A stretch of 57,219 bases of DNA from Candidatus Sericytochromatia bacterium (GCA_040400605.1 JBBAPZ010000010.1:1-57219); one strand, 5' to 3'; shown: positions 20,359-30,322, counted from the stretch's first letter. The notes: generated by a model not told the origin, from the sequence alone. Program-made: numbers and translations.

Positions 20359-20518
20359 CGGGAGACTCGCTTTCTGAAAAACGTGAATGGGTGGCGTGAG
20401 GCGTTACCGTGAATGGGGTACAGGCGGTATCATAGCAGCTTGGTGATCGGGATTGACAGGTTGTTTGTCAGGGGTTAATCGGGCGTGAGTGCCTGGGTTG
20501 GCGAAAGGTTGGGGGTGG

Positions 20519-21130
20519 ATGGTCCGTCGGGGTCCCAATCGATTTGCAGCGGATCCCATTTCGCGGTTGTGGGCGTGGTATGCGAAGCCACGGTCTCGGG
20601 CGGTAGAATGTGTTTGGGTATTTGTTCTGGCATTTGTCGGGACTTTGTGTTTACGCGCTTTCGTTGTTGAGGCACGCTGGATTCCGAGTTCATCAATGTT
20701 GCCGACGTTGGCTCAAGGTGATCGGTTGCTGGTTGACAAGTTGGGTCTGCGCTTTAGACAGCCACGACCGGGCAGCATCGTAGTTTTTGCGCCGCCAAAG
20801 CGTGCTTGGCGGTATCGCATTCGTCATGCATTGATTAAGCGCGTGGTGGCAGGCCCGGGTGATCGCATTCACTTCGAGAACGGGCTGGTGCACGTAAACG
20901 GGAAGCCGCTTGTTGAACCGTATCTCGCGAAGAAGCCGCATTATGAGCAACCGGATTGGCAGGCGCTTGGGATGCCGGGGGGGCGGGTTCCTGCCGCCAG
21001 CGTTTTCGTGATGGGCGATAACCGCGATAACAGCGCGGATAGCCGGGTGTTTGGCCCTGTGCCGTTCGATCACATGATTGGGCGGCCGTTGTTGCGGGTG
21101 TGGCCCGTGCAGCGCCTGGCCGTGTTGTGA
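20519..21130 (+). CDS. lepB: Signal peptidase I
   Basis: IPSSSMLPTL (Ser), LIKRVVA (Lys) and MGDNRDNSADSR. Confidence 0.93.
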   Translation: MVRRGPNRFAADPISRLWAWYAKPRSRAVECVWVFVLAFVGTLCLRAFVVEARWIPSSSMLPTLAQGDRLLVDKLGLRFRQPRPGSIVVFAPPKRAWRYRIRHALIKRVVAGPGDRIHFENGLVHVNGKPLVEPYLAKKPHYEQPDWQALGMPGGRVPAASVFVMGDNRDNSADSRVFGPVPFDHMIGRPLLRVWPVQRLAVL

Positions 21131-21170
21131 CGGTCTAAAGTCGGGTACAGTTAAGCAAGGGGGGATATAC

Positions 21171-22034
21171 GTGTCGGGAACGTGGATGGTGTTGGGTGGG
21201 GCGGACAGGCGCGTGCCGGATGGCGCCCTGTTGTCTCACTTCGTGGACCTGGCGGGTGGAACCGCTGCGAACGTGTTGGTCGTGCTGGTGTTTCAACGTC
21301 CGCGCCCCCGTCTGTTCGCGCAGTATCAAGCGGCGCTCTCAGGGTTTGGTCCCAGGCGTTTGACGGTATCGACATTGAATGATGATGCGTCACGTGCAGC
21401 AGCGTTGCGGGCATGTGAGGATGCCACGGGTGTTTTGTTGGTGGCAGGGGATGTGGGGGTGCTTGCTCGTCACGCGGGTGAATGCGGTTTCACGCAGGCG
21501 TTACGGGATGCATCGCTGCGTGGCGCGTGTGTCGGGGGCGTGAGTGCTGGTGCGTCATTGTTGGCACGTCATGTGGTGGCTGAGGGAGCGAGTGACATTC
21601 ATCCGCGCGCAGGTGGATTATCGGTATTCGAAGGGGTTGGCTTTTTTGAACGTTTGGTGATCGATCACCACTATTGTGAGCAGCATCGCTTGGGGCGTTT
21701 GCTTGCGATTGTCGCGCAGCAACCCGACTTGCTCGGTTGTGGGGTCGAGGCCCGCACGGCACTCGTGGTACGGGCCAATCAGCGTGTGGAGGTGGTCGGC
21801 ACGGGGACGGTGAGTGTCCTTGATGGTCGCCACAATCCGGAAGGCGCCCCGGTTCACCCCAATGCCATCTGCGCCATGCGTGATGTCGCGTTTCATGTGC
21901 TGCCGGCGGGTTACGGTTATTGCCTTGAGACAGGTGCGTTTTTGCCCGAGGAGACACCCCAGCGCGCTGCAGCACAGTTGCGGCCGTTAATGTGCGAACT
22001 GGCAGGGAGCTCATTTGCGCGGGAGTCCGTTTGA
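21171..22034 (+). CDS. Cyanophycinase-like S51 peptidase (divergent)
   Basis: LGGAD, GGVSAGAS, VIDHHY and RLGRLL; GTG start after a purine-rich RBS. Confidence 0.78.
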   Translation: MSGTWMVLGGADRRVPDGALLSHFVDLAGGTAANVLVVLVFQRPRPRLFAQYQAALSGFGPRRLTVSTLNDDASRAAALRACEDATGVLLVAGDVGVLARHAGECGFTQALRDASLRGACVGGVSAGASLLARHVVAEGASDIHPRAGGLSVFEGVGFFERLVIDHHYCEQHRLGRLLAIVAQQPDLLGCGVEARTALVVRANQRVEVVGTGTVSVLDGRHNPEGAPVHPNAICAMRDVAFHVLPAGYGYCLETGAFLPEETPQRAAAQLRPLMCELAGSSFARESV

Positions 22035-22573
22035 TGAGGTTCTGGCTTGCGGTTGTTTGCGCCACGTTTGTGTTAGCCGGCAACCCCGCCCGTGCAGCGG
22101 TTCTCAGCGAACCGCAAACGCAGGTCTTGCGCGCTGCGGGACTTGTGAGCGTGTTGCCGCAACGGGTGCCTGAAGGCTTCACGGTGACGAGCGTGCTTGC
22201 GATCGCCCGCCAGCCCGGCCCCGCAGGCGGCATTGGCACATTGGTGGTGTATGAAAATTACAAGACTGGGCAAGTTTTTGGGATTGAATCTACCCACGGA
22301 GGCATTGGCGGCTTCAACATCCCACCAGTCACCACTGTGCGGATCCCTGCTTTAGGGGATGTGACCTGTGCCATTTATCAGTTTCGAAAACCGGACCTCG
22401 TGATGACTGACTGGGTAGGCAAAGGCCCTTTTTTTCGTGTGGTGGGTGCCGGTTACCTGCGTGAGCGCTACCCTGAGAGTACAAGCATTGCAAAGGATTT
22501 GAGCCTCAAAGAGCTGGGAATCGTAGTGTCATCGCTCGCGCCTTTCACGCTGAGGAACGTGCCGGGGAATTGA
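22034..22573 (+). CDS. Exported hypothetical protein
   Basis: ATG overlaps the previous TGA; signal peptide MRFWLAVVCATFVLAGNPARA. Confidence 0.7.
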   Translation: MRFWLAVVCATFVLAGNPARAAVLSEPQTQVLRAAGLVSVLPQRVPEGFTVTSVLAIARQPGPAGGIGTLVVYENYKTGQVFGIESTHGGIGGFNIPPVTTVRIPALGDVTCAIYQFRKPDLVMTDWVGKGPFFRVVGAGYLRERYPESTSIAKDLSLKELGIVVSSLAPFTLRNVPGN

Positions 22574-22589
22574 AGCGTTCATAATTGGT

Positions 22590-22705
22590 AAGAATGTTCG
22601 TTCCACAAAACGATCCGGTTCCATTTGCTGGCGAAGCTCTCTGAAACAGGTATTCAAACCGTGTTTCAAGCCTTTCTTGTTTTATGCGGTGTCGTGCAAG
22701 CGTTT
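22590..22705 (+). repeat. Repeat family B copy
   Basis: aatgttcgttccacaaaacgatc...tgtttcaagc...ttttatgcggtgtcgtgcaagcgttt aligns with 55710-55823. Confidence 0.8.
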
Positions 22706-22811
22706 CACCGATCGAAAAAGCCGATCCGTTTTTCGACGGTTTCGTGTTTATGCGCAAGACAGTGTGGGTAGTTGAATCAGCAGGTGGGTGTGGCGTTGAG
22801 GGGAGTTAACC

Positions 22812-24236
22812 GTGCTGAATGGGCATGCCCGTTTGATGTCAGTCCTGCTTGCTTTGGGTGCTACGGTTTCGGTGGGGTGCAATGCGCCTGGAACCCCCAC
22901 ACAGGCTTTGTCGGCGCGTTCGCTGAACGATTGGCAAGCGAATTGGAAGCCTGTGGTGCTGGGTTCGGTTTCCGAATTAACGGTTCCTGCGGCGGAGCGT
23001 CCGGGGTCGCAGGCTTTGCGCGATGAACTTGTAGCGTTACGTGCACTCAAGGCGGGACGCGATGCGACTGTGCGCGAAGAAATCAAGGCGTTGCAAGCGG
23101 TCCCGCTGGTGTTTGCCTGGAATGATTATCTGCGCGATCGCACGCGCCAACGCCGCGAATTGTATTTTACGCCGCGCCTGGCACGGACCTACGCACTGGT
23201 GAATGTGGCCATGCATGACGCGTGTCTGGCTGCGATGGCGATCAAGCGGCAGGTGCGTCGGCCGGCTCCGGGGGCACTTGATTTGTCAGTGGAGCCGTTG
23301 ATTTGGGATCAACCCGTTTCGAGTTTCCCGTCAGAACATGCGGCGATGGTGTATGCCGCCGCAATCGTCATGGAGTCCATTGCACCCGTCGAGGCGGGAG
23401 AGTGCCTCAAACGGGCGCAAACTGAGAGCGAGGCGCGCCTGAATGCGGGTGCCAACTTCCCGAGTGACATTGCGGCGGGGCGTGCGATCGGCGAACAGGT
23501 TGCTGCCCGGGTGTTGGCCTATGCCGGGAAAGACAGCTCGGATGCCTCGGGCGACGCACCCCAGCATGACCCGCGCGGTACGTGGTCCCATGCGTTCGGT
23601 GCCCAAGAACCGAGGGCTGGTACCTGGCGGCCGTGGTGGCTTAAAGGTGGGGATCAGTTTCGTTTGCCGGAACCGGCATGGCCTGGCACACCAGCGTTCA
23701 AGGTCGAATTGGACGAGGTGCTCGAAACCCATAAAAAACTGGATGATGATCAAAAAGTGCTGGCGTGGAAATGGGCCAATAACAACCCGTTTGCAGACTG
23801 GAACCGTTTGGCAATCAAGTGGGCGAAGGCGGCCCGCTTTGATGACATACGCGGCACGCGCTTGATGACGGTTCTAAGCATTATTCAAGCCGATGCGGGG
23901 ATCGCTTGCTGGAACAACAAATTCCATTATAACCTGGCCCGGCCGGAGCAAATGGCACCACTGGAGACAACCGGTTTTGAACCGTTTTTGATTCGCGCGC
24001 CGAATCATCCATCTTACCCATCCGGGCATTCCACTTTTTCAACGGCATCAGGCGAGTTCTTGAAGCGTGTGTTTCCAGCACAGAGCGCGCTCATCACCAC
24101 GTATCAAAAGGAGGCATCCCTCAGTCGTTTGTATGGCGGTATCCATTACCGGCAGGATCTAGTGGGTGGCGAACAATTGGGGCAGCAAGTGTTTGATTAT
24201 ATCTGGGGTCTTCCGGGGGTTCAGGACGGTTTTTGA
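22812..24236 (+). CDS. Vanadium-dependent haloperoxidase / PAP2 superfamily lipoprotein
   Basis: KFHYNLARP, HPSYPSGHS and SRLYGGIHY; lipobox SVGC. Confidence 0.85.
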   Translation: MLNGHARLMSVLLALGATVSVGCNAPGTPTQALSARSLNDWQANWKPVVLGSVSELTVPAAERPGSQALRDELVALRALKAGRDATVREEIKALQAVPLVFAWNDYLRDRTRQRRELYFTPRLARTYALVNVAMHDACLAAMAIKRQVRRPAPGALDLSVEPLIWDQPVSSFPSEHAAMVYAAAIVMESIAPVEAGECLKRAQTESEARLNAGANFPSDIAAGRAIGEQVAARVLAYAGKDSSDASGDAPQHDPRGTWSHAFGAQEPRAGTWRPWWLKGGDQFRLPEPAWPGTPAFKVELDEVLETHKKLDDDQKVLAWKWANNNPFADWNRLAIKWAKAARFDDIRGTRLMTVLSIIQADAGIACWNNKFHYNLARPEQMAPLETTGFEPFLIRAPNHPSYPSGHSTFSTASGEFLKRVFPAQSALITTYQKEASLSRLYGGIHYRQDLVGGEQLGQQVFDYIWGLPGVQDGF

Positions 24237-24648
24237 CGCATCGGTGCGTGCAACGCGACGTGCAAAAACGCATTGACTGGTGAATGGGTGGTGGACTATC
24301 CATTTTCACAGTCGTCGTACCTTTTCGTAAAATCTTGAAACAATTCTTCATCGTGTTCTGGCGAGAGGAATACACCACGAGACGAACTTGAACCACTGTG
24401 CTTTTTCTGCAAGCAAGGATGCCATTGTCAGTGAAATTGCTCGCTGTTACAGAAGCGAAGGGCGTTCCGTGGCAGCCATCGCGGATGATAACGGCCACAA
24501 GTGGCGCAGTAACCTGATCATCGCTTAGCCCAACCCACGTCTCACAAGCTCGTTTTGTGAGGCGAATGTTTTTCGCTGACTAAAGCTGTCACTTCATTTC
24601 CAAGTATAAATAGTCGAATGCCCGTGGTATCGTCTCAAGGCCCTTGGG

Positions 24649-26166
24649 TCAGCGTTGCGGGGCGATGGGGGCTTCGTCCGCGACGGGGGCTTCGATGTCG
24701 CTGGGGTTGTCGGTGTTCCAGTCGATGAGGGTCATTACCAGAGCGTCTTGAAGTTGTCGCTGGGTATTCGGGTCGCCGGTGAAGCTGTTGGCGATGATGG
24801 CGATCGCATACTGTGCACCATCTCGACCCTCTACAAAGCCAGCCAACCCACTGACGCCACCGAGGGTACCAGTTTTGGCGCGTAAGCGCCCCCTTGCAGC
24901 CACGTTGCGCAGTCGGTTGCCCAACGTCCCGTCAATGCCCGCGGTCGGCAGACCGATCAACAAGGTGGGATAGCCCTTTCCAGCACTCATCGCACGCAGC
25001 AAACCGGTCATCATCGTCGGGCTCAGCAAGTTGTAGCGGGACAACCCGGCACCATCGCTCAAGCGGTAACCCCCATCAGGCCACCCTGCGGATTTAAGAT
25101 AGCCATCCAGCGCACGAAGGCCCTTGCTCCGCGTCCCCGGTGCCCCAAAACTGTGCTTACCAAGGTGAAGCAGGATCATCTCTGCCCATAGATTGTCACT
25201 GCGCTTGAGCGTTTGACGACAGATCTCACCAAAAGGCTGCGAAAAGTGGGTTGCCAGTTCACGCGCCGATTGAGGGGCTGCACCACGTTTTAGCGAGCCG
25301 TCATGCCGAATGCCCTGGCGCTTGAGACACTCTGCGAAGACGGTGAGTGTCCAGGCGACGGGGTCATTAATGCTGAGCGCTTCGTTGTAGGGTTTCGCGC
25401 CTGCTGGTACCGTGCCAACCAGGTTCAGGATTTCTTGTGGCCCTCTTGGGCTGCGTTCAAGGCTCACTTTCAGGGTGTTGGGCGCGCCGGGTGCACCTGT
25501 AACAGCCAGATTGCGAATGCGTATGTAGTCACTGGCCGGACTCACCTGACAGGCGGGGGGTTGCCCGGGAGCCCCAGCGTTGACTGTGACGGCTAACGCA
25601 TTGCTGTTTAAACACAGGGCGGCGGGACTGGCAGCGTAACCCCAAGGCAGATCATCCACCATCCACCCATCGGCTGCACGGGTTTCCGGTTGTAAAGCGG
25701 TGGCATCCGCAACCAGGTCACCCGCCACGACACGCACACCCCGTGCCTTGAGTTGTGTCGCCAGTTGCACAAGTTGTGTCACGCCCAATTCCGGATCACC
25801 CATTCCCTGCAAAAACAAAGGACCCCGCAGCGTGCCGTCATCCAACAGTGCGTCGCTCAGCAATCGGGTGGCAAAGCGGGTATCGGGATCAATTCTGTTT
25901 AAGGCGGCGCCTACCGTTGCAACTTTGATCAACGAAGCGGGCGTATAAAGCTTGTCGGCATCTTGGGTGAACACCACTTCGCCGTTATCGAGTCGAACGA
26001 CGCTGATGCCCAAGTGGCAACCGGGCTTTGCCATCCGCTGCATCACTTGTTCCAGTTGCTGCGACAATGTCGTTTTGGACGCTGCCGCAACAGACGTGGT
26101 AACGGATGCCACGCCGACGGTCGCGCTTGCGATCACAGCCAAGGCACGGTGCATCAATGCTTGCAT
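24649..26166 (-). CDS. dacB: D-Ala-D-Ala carboxypeptidase/endopeptidase (PBP4, S13 family)
   Basis: PASLIK (SxxK), SDN, KTGT and DGAGLSRYN. Confidence 0.93.
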   Translation of the reverse strand: MQALMHRALAVIASATVGVASVTTSVAAASKTTLSQQLEQVMQRMAKPGCHLGISVVRLDNGEVVFTQDADKLYTPASLIKVATVGAALNRIDPDTRFATRLLSDALLDDGTLRGPLFLQGMGDPELGVTQLVQLATQLKARGVRVVAGDLVADATALQPETRAADGWMVDDLPWGYAASPAALCLNSNALAVTVNAGAPGQPPACQVSPASDYIRIRNLAVTGAPGAPNTLKVSLERSPRGPQEILNLVGTVPAGAKPYNEALSINDPVAWTLTVFAECLKRQGIRHDGSLKRGAAPQSARELATHFSQPFGEICRQTLKRSDNLWAEMILLHLGKHSFGAPGTRSKGLRALDGYLKSAGWPDGGYRLSDGAGLSRYNLLSPTMMTGLLRAMSAGKGYPTLLIGLPTAGIDGTLGNRLRNVAARGRLRAKTGTLGGVSGLAGFVEGRDGAQYAIAIIANSFTGDPNTQRQLQDALVMTLIDWNTDNPSDIEAPVADEAPIAPQR

Positions 26167-26606
26167 GCGGGTATCCTCCGGGGCAATCTTAGCACGGGCT
26201 CAGGCTCTCTCGCACCGTGTGGTGCCAGCCACATGTGTCAATGATATTGGGGCAAATAAGCGCAGTGCGCCGACACCCCCACATCGTGTGCTACTGGTGC
26301 ACCCCATCACCAGGCTGCGGCACCGAGGTTTTCGTCCCGAATATTTTGCTGGTTGCACGATCTTGCCATATCGTGACGCATCGGTTTTTGTTCAAAGCTT
26401 AAGTGGCAAACTCAAAACATCAGGTTCTGACTCGCTGTTTTGGCGCTATGACGAAAATTTGATCAACAATCTTCACGTTTCTGTTTAGATGTGAGCTGTC
26501 GTAATTTTTTCAGACAGATGACAGCACGGTGCCAAGGGCCCGTTTTTTCAAAAATTACCAGTGGCTGTCCCGTATGCAAGGGACGTCGTAGCGGTACAAG
26601 GGCGGC

Positions 26607-27797
26607 ATGATGGCCTCTGATCGCCCAATTGTTTCGGTGAACCTTAACCCGTTGCGCCTCGCACCGTCTTGGTGCCTGACTGAATTGCACGCGGCGTTGC
26701 CTGTGAGCCTGGATTGGCTTGTTTCGCTCGGTGTGCAAGGCGTGCGGGTTGATCTCAACTGGTCAGCCCTCGAACCCCTTCCCGGTCGCTGGAACCATGA
26801 TCTGCTTCGCTGGTACGCCCTCTTATTCGACACCCTTCGCATGCATCACCTCAAGGTGTTCGCCCTCCTCTATCACCCCCCGGCTTGGGCCTTGCAGCAT
26901 CTGCGCTCAAACCCGCAAAACTTTGTAACGGCTTGGGGCCACTACTGCCAGACGCTGGCACCCGTTCTAGGCCATATCGATCTGCTGCAAGTCTGGAATG
27001 AGCCCAACAATTATCTGGCGCTTCTCAAGCAAGACCCTGTCTTGTTTGAGACCATGCGCATCGGTCGTTGGCACTGGCCCTTGCGACCGTCTTATGAACT
27101 GCTCGCGGCCTTGTTCGCCAAGGCCCACGGGGCGTGGCAGGGCCAGGCGCGCCTCGTTTATAACGTGCTGACTCACCCGAATGTGCCGCAATGGTTTTTG
27201 GATGGCTGGTGGAACTGGGAGCGATTTAGCGAGCAGTTTTTGCAGCGGGCCGGGCATTTGGTGGATGTTATCGCACTGGATTACTACCCCGAAACCTGGG
27301 CGCCCAAACTGGGGCCGCTGGATTGGGCGTGTTTGGATCGGGTGCTTGAGCGGGTAGCCAGACCTGACAGTGTCTGGTCTGGCAAGCAGGTGGTGATCGG
27401 TGAGACCGGGTATACCAGTGCGGCCAATTTTTCGTGGTTAGGGCCCACCGCACGCTGGGGACATTTTTTCCCTGCAGAGCGGGATGAAACATCCATGGCG
27501 CGCTGGTATCAGCAAGCCTTGCCGCACCTGCTTAACCGCCTGGCGTTGCGCGTGCCCGAGGGTGCTAAGCCCTGGCTGAATCTTTACGAGTTGTTGGATC
27601 CGCCGCCGCAGCCTGAGCGGCATCCGGTTTTGCGGCTTGAGGATCACTTTGGGCTTGTGCGGCGCGATGGCACGGTCAAACCGGCGTTTGAAGTGGTCCA
27701 ATCGTTGCTGCGCCCGGCGTGGCAGGAACGCCGTGTGGGGCGATCGCCACACCAAGACCCGATACGCTCGCTGAATGCCGACACCCTCGCTGATTGA
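26607..27797 (+). CDS. Clan GH-A glycoside hydrolase (family uncertain)
   Basis: WSALEPLPGRWN, VWNEPN (acid/base), IGETGY (nucleophile) and HFGLVRRDGTVKP. Confidence 0.78.
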   Translation: MMASDRPIVSVNLNPLRLAPSWCLTELHAALPVSLDWLVSLGVQGVRVDLNWSALEPLPGRWNHDLLRWYALLFDTLRMHHLKVFALLYHPPAWALQHLRSNPQNFVTAWGHYCQTLAPVLGHIDLLQVWNEPNNYLALLKQDPVLFETMRIGRWHWPLRPSYELLAALFAKAHGAWQGQARLVYNVLTHPNVPQWFLDGWWNWERFSEQFLQRAGHLVDVIALDYYPETWAPKLGPLDWACLDRVLERVARPDSVWSGKQVVIGETGYTSAANFSWLGPTARWGHFFPAERDETSMARWYQQALPHLLNRLALRVPEGAKPWLNLYELLDPPPQPERHPVLRLEDHFGLVRRDGTVKPAFEVVQSLLRPAWQERRVGRSPHQDPIRSLNADTLAD

Positions 27798-28088
27798 ATC
27801 AACCATCAACTGCCCGGCGTTGGGTGCGTTGAATGAATGGCCCGTTAAAATTGGCAGTAGTTTGCGATAGCGCGTCGGCATTTTGTACGAAAAAGACTTG
27901 TGGGTGGTGATCAGCGGCGATCGAATTCGTCGCAAAGACTGCCCGGACGTTGGCCGGTCTTTGGTTCAGTTGTTTTGTTACGGTGCCTGTTTTGCGCCTC
28001 GGATAGTGTTTCCTCGTTTACCCGATGATGCAATTGATCGGCTTTGACCCGTTGATCGGTTGAATGCCCCTTCAGCTGTTCGCGTTAG

Positions 28089-28199
28089 CAGGCGGCTGAA
28101 AACGTGCCTGAAAGGCACTTTTTTCGTCAGGGTTCCTCACGGCGGAATGCGGGTTTGCAGTCTCGACAGGGAGGCTAAAGCGAGTTTTTCAGCGGCCTG
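28089..28199. mobile_element. 111-bp MITE with 14-bp terminal inverted repeats and a TTAG target duplication
   Basis: ttag|CAGGCGGCTGAAAA ... TTTTCAGCGGCCTG|ttag, with 13/14 inverted-repeat match. Confidence 0.85.
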
Positions 28200-28475
28200 T
28201 TAGGCTCGAAAAACACTTGATTGCTTGCCCCGGTGTGTTGTTTCGGTCGTGCCTTCATTAAGCGTCTAACCATTCTTGTTTGTTTGAATGCTCGGGCTGA
28301 ACGATCACAGATGTTTGGTCCGAGGGTTGCCCGAGTGAGAAGACACACACCCACAGTGTTGTTTGTGCAACCCGTGGCTGCATACGCACTGTCGACCTCG
28401 TGCCCTCGATTGGACGAATGTCTATAAGAAGAGACTAAAAAATATTTAAGTCATTTAAACAAGTTTTTAATTGCT

Positions 28476-28529
28476 TCCACTATATAAACATCACATAAAT
28501 TTTAGGTTAAGTGATGTTTATATAGTGGA
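28476..28529. promoter_or_regulatory. Perfect 19-bp inverted repeat overlapping the RBS (also at 32648-32701)
   Basis: TCCACTATATAAACATCAC-N16-GTGATGTTTATATAGTGGA; the right arm ends inside GGAGG. Confidence 0.75.
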
Positions 28530-28540
28530 GGAAGCGTACT

Positions 28541-29200
28541 GTGCGGTTGAATGAATTCAAGGATTACGGCGCTTATCGCAACGCAGCTGAAGGGGTTGTA
28601 CGCCGCTACGATAGCAATGGTGACGGTGTGATTTCGCGGAGCGAAACGGAGCAGACGCGTCTTTTGTCGACGACGAATGAAACGCGGACCGAGCGGCTGT
28701 TGCTTGGCAGTGACTTTGTTCAGATTTCGAGTGTTGAAGTCAAGCGTTATGCACAAATGAACAAAGAAGCGTTTCGGCAGGCAGACTTGAATGGCGACGG
28801 CCGTCTGAGCGCGTCTGAGATGGTTGAACAGTATGAAAGATTGGAAGATTCGAATGGTAATGGCGATTTGGGGTGGTTTGAGCGGATGGGAATGAGCGCT
28901 GGTAGTCTCGCGGATCGCTTGCAGAACTTTTTCTCGAATGAGCGTGTGTTGAGTCAGTCAATGATTTATAGTCCGCTACCCCGTTATAGCGAGCCGACCC
29001 CGCCGAGTCCTGATTATGATCGCCCCCGTCCGCCCCGTCCGGATGGCGGTCGCGTGACCCCGCCCAGCCCGGACTTTGATGGCCGTCGCCCATCGCCCCC
29101 AAGTGTGAGCCGGCCCACGCCGCCGAGTCCCGATTTTGATGGCCGTCGCCCGTCGCCCCCAGGCGTCAGCCGTCCCACGCCGCCAGGTGTGAGCAACTAA
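28541..29200 (+). CDS. EF-hand protein with Pro/Arg-rich C-terminal repeats (copy 1)
   Basis: DSNGDGVISRSE, DLNGDGRLSASE and DSNGNGDLGWFE loops; two TPPSPDFDGRRPSPPxVSRP repeats; GGAGG RBS. Confidence 0.85.
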   Translation: MRLNEFKDYGAYRNAAEGVVRRYDSNGDGVISRSETEQTRLLSTTNETRTERLLLGSDFVQISSVEVKRYAQMNKEAFRQADLNGDGRLSASEMVEQYERLEDSNGNGDLGWFERMGMSAGSLADRLQNFFSNERVLSQSMIYSPLPRYSEPTPPSPDYDRPRPPRPDGGRVTPPSPDFDGRRPSPPSVSRPTPPSPDFDGRRPSPPGVSRPTPPGVSN

Positions 29201-29260
29201 ACGCAGGTTTTTTGACTGCGGTTACCCGCTTTGTGATGTCTTGATTGATAGTGAAAGGAT

Positions 29261-29803
29261 ATGATCGTGTCTTATACTCGTCAATTGGCTGTTGGGGTGG
29301 TGTTGCTGGCTGTGTTGGCCGGTTGTGGTACAAGTTCTGGTATGCCGGGCAGTGCGGTTTCAAATGGTGTGGTGGCTGCGGCGGCCAAGCGTCCGACGCA
29401 GGCAGCGCAGCGCTTGCCTGAGCCGAAGGCCGCGAAGCCGATGCCAGGTGGTTATGCTGCACGGGAGTCATCGCGCGTCAGTCGTCGTGTTTTGAATGAT
29501 TACCAGCAGATGTTGCCGGATTGGAACCGGGCTTACAGTGATTACGATCGCGATAACATTGAAGAGCGAATGTTGCGTGTGTTGCGTAAAGGTTTGAAGG
29601 AAGTGCAGGAAGTGACCTTACATGAGGGTCAGGATGCGGATGATCGCCGCGCCTACGACATTGCGGATGGGGGTCTTAACGATTACGCACTTTCGTATCA
29701 TCTCTGGGCAACCGCTCGTGGTGCGGACGTCCGCCGTAGCGTTATGAATGCGATGCTGCAAAGTTTGGTTGACACGCACGAACGCATTCGGGATAACGCC
29801 TGA
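29261..29803 (+). CDS. Helical lipoprotein (copy 1)
   Basis: LAGC lipobox and AAGGA RBS; paralogue at 33433-33975. Confidence 0.85.
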   Translation: MIVSYTRQLAVGVVLLAVLAGCGTSSGMPGSAVSNGVVAAAAKRPTQAAQRLPEPKAAKPMPGGYAARESSRVSRRVLNDYQQMLPDWNRAYSDYDRDNIEERMLRVLRKGLKEVQEVTLHEGQDADDRRAYDIADGGLNDYALSYHLWATARGADVRRSVMNAMLQSLVDTHERIRDNA

Positions 29804-29889
29804 TTCAGCTTACAGCATACCGTCGGGGGCGAGGGCGACAGAACCGCAACGCGAGTGGCATAGCGTGGTCTTCTCTCCCGTGGTGATTT

Positions 29890-29921
29890 AAGGCGCTCGA
29901 CTCATTGCAGTCGGGCGCTTT
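29890..29921 (+). terminator. Intrinsic terminator-like hairpin
   Basis: aaggcgctcgac-tcattgca-gtcgggcgcttt; homologue at 34058-34097. Confidence 0.65.
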
Positions 29922-30149
29922 CCGCACGGTTTTGCCAATAGTTTAGACGGTGCGGGATGCCATCTAATCAATGTCAGCTTGTCTGGCGAGCTGCCCAGTT
30001 TCACTACAATTTTACTGTGAGTTGAAATATTTTAAAGATAATAAAATTATCACTAAAAAATGATGGCGTCTTTGGTCTACGCGAGTGTGTGTGATGGTGC
30101 CAGGCCTGAAAGTTGTTCTGCTGGCGTTTTTGGGAATCCCCATCATTTT

Positions 30150-30322
30150 GGCGGGCTTTCGACACTGCACGGCACAAAAACCTCGAAAGCAAGTTAGAGC
30201 CTTGTCTATAAAAATGTTCAGTCCACAAAATGAGCTGTTTTGGTTTGTAGACGAATCGTGCTCAAATAATCATCACACTGGTATTTCACGCATTTTTCGT
30301 TTCACGAAGTGTCGAACGGGCG
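30150..30322 (+). repeat. Repeat family B copy (absent from the homologous site in duplicate copy 2)
   Basis: aaaatgttcagtccacaaaatga...ttcacgaagtgtcgaacgggcg aligns with 55645-55822. Confidence 0.7.
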
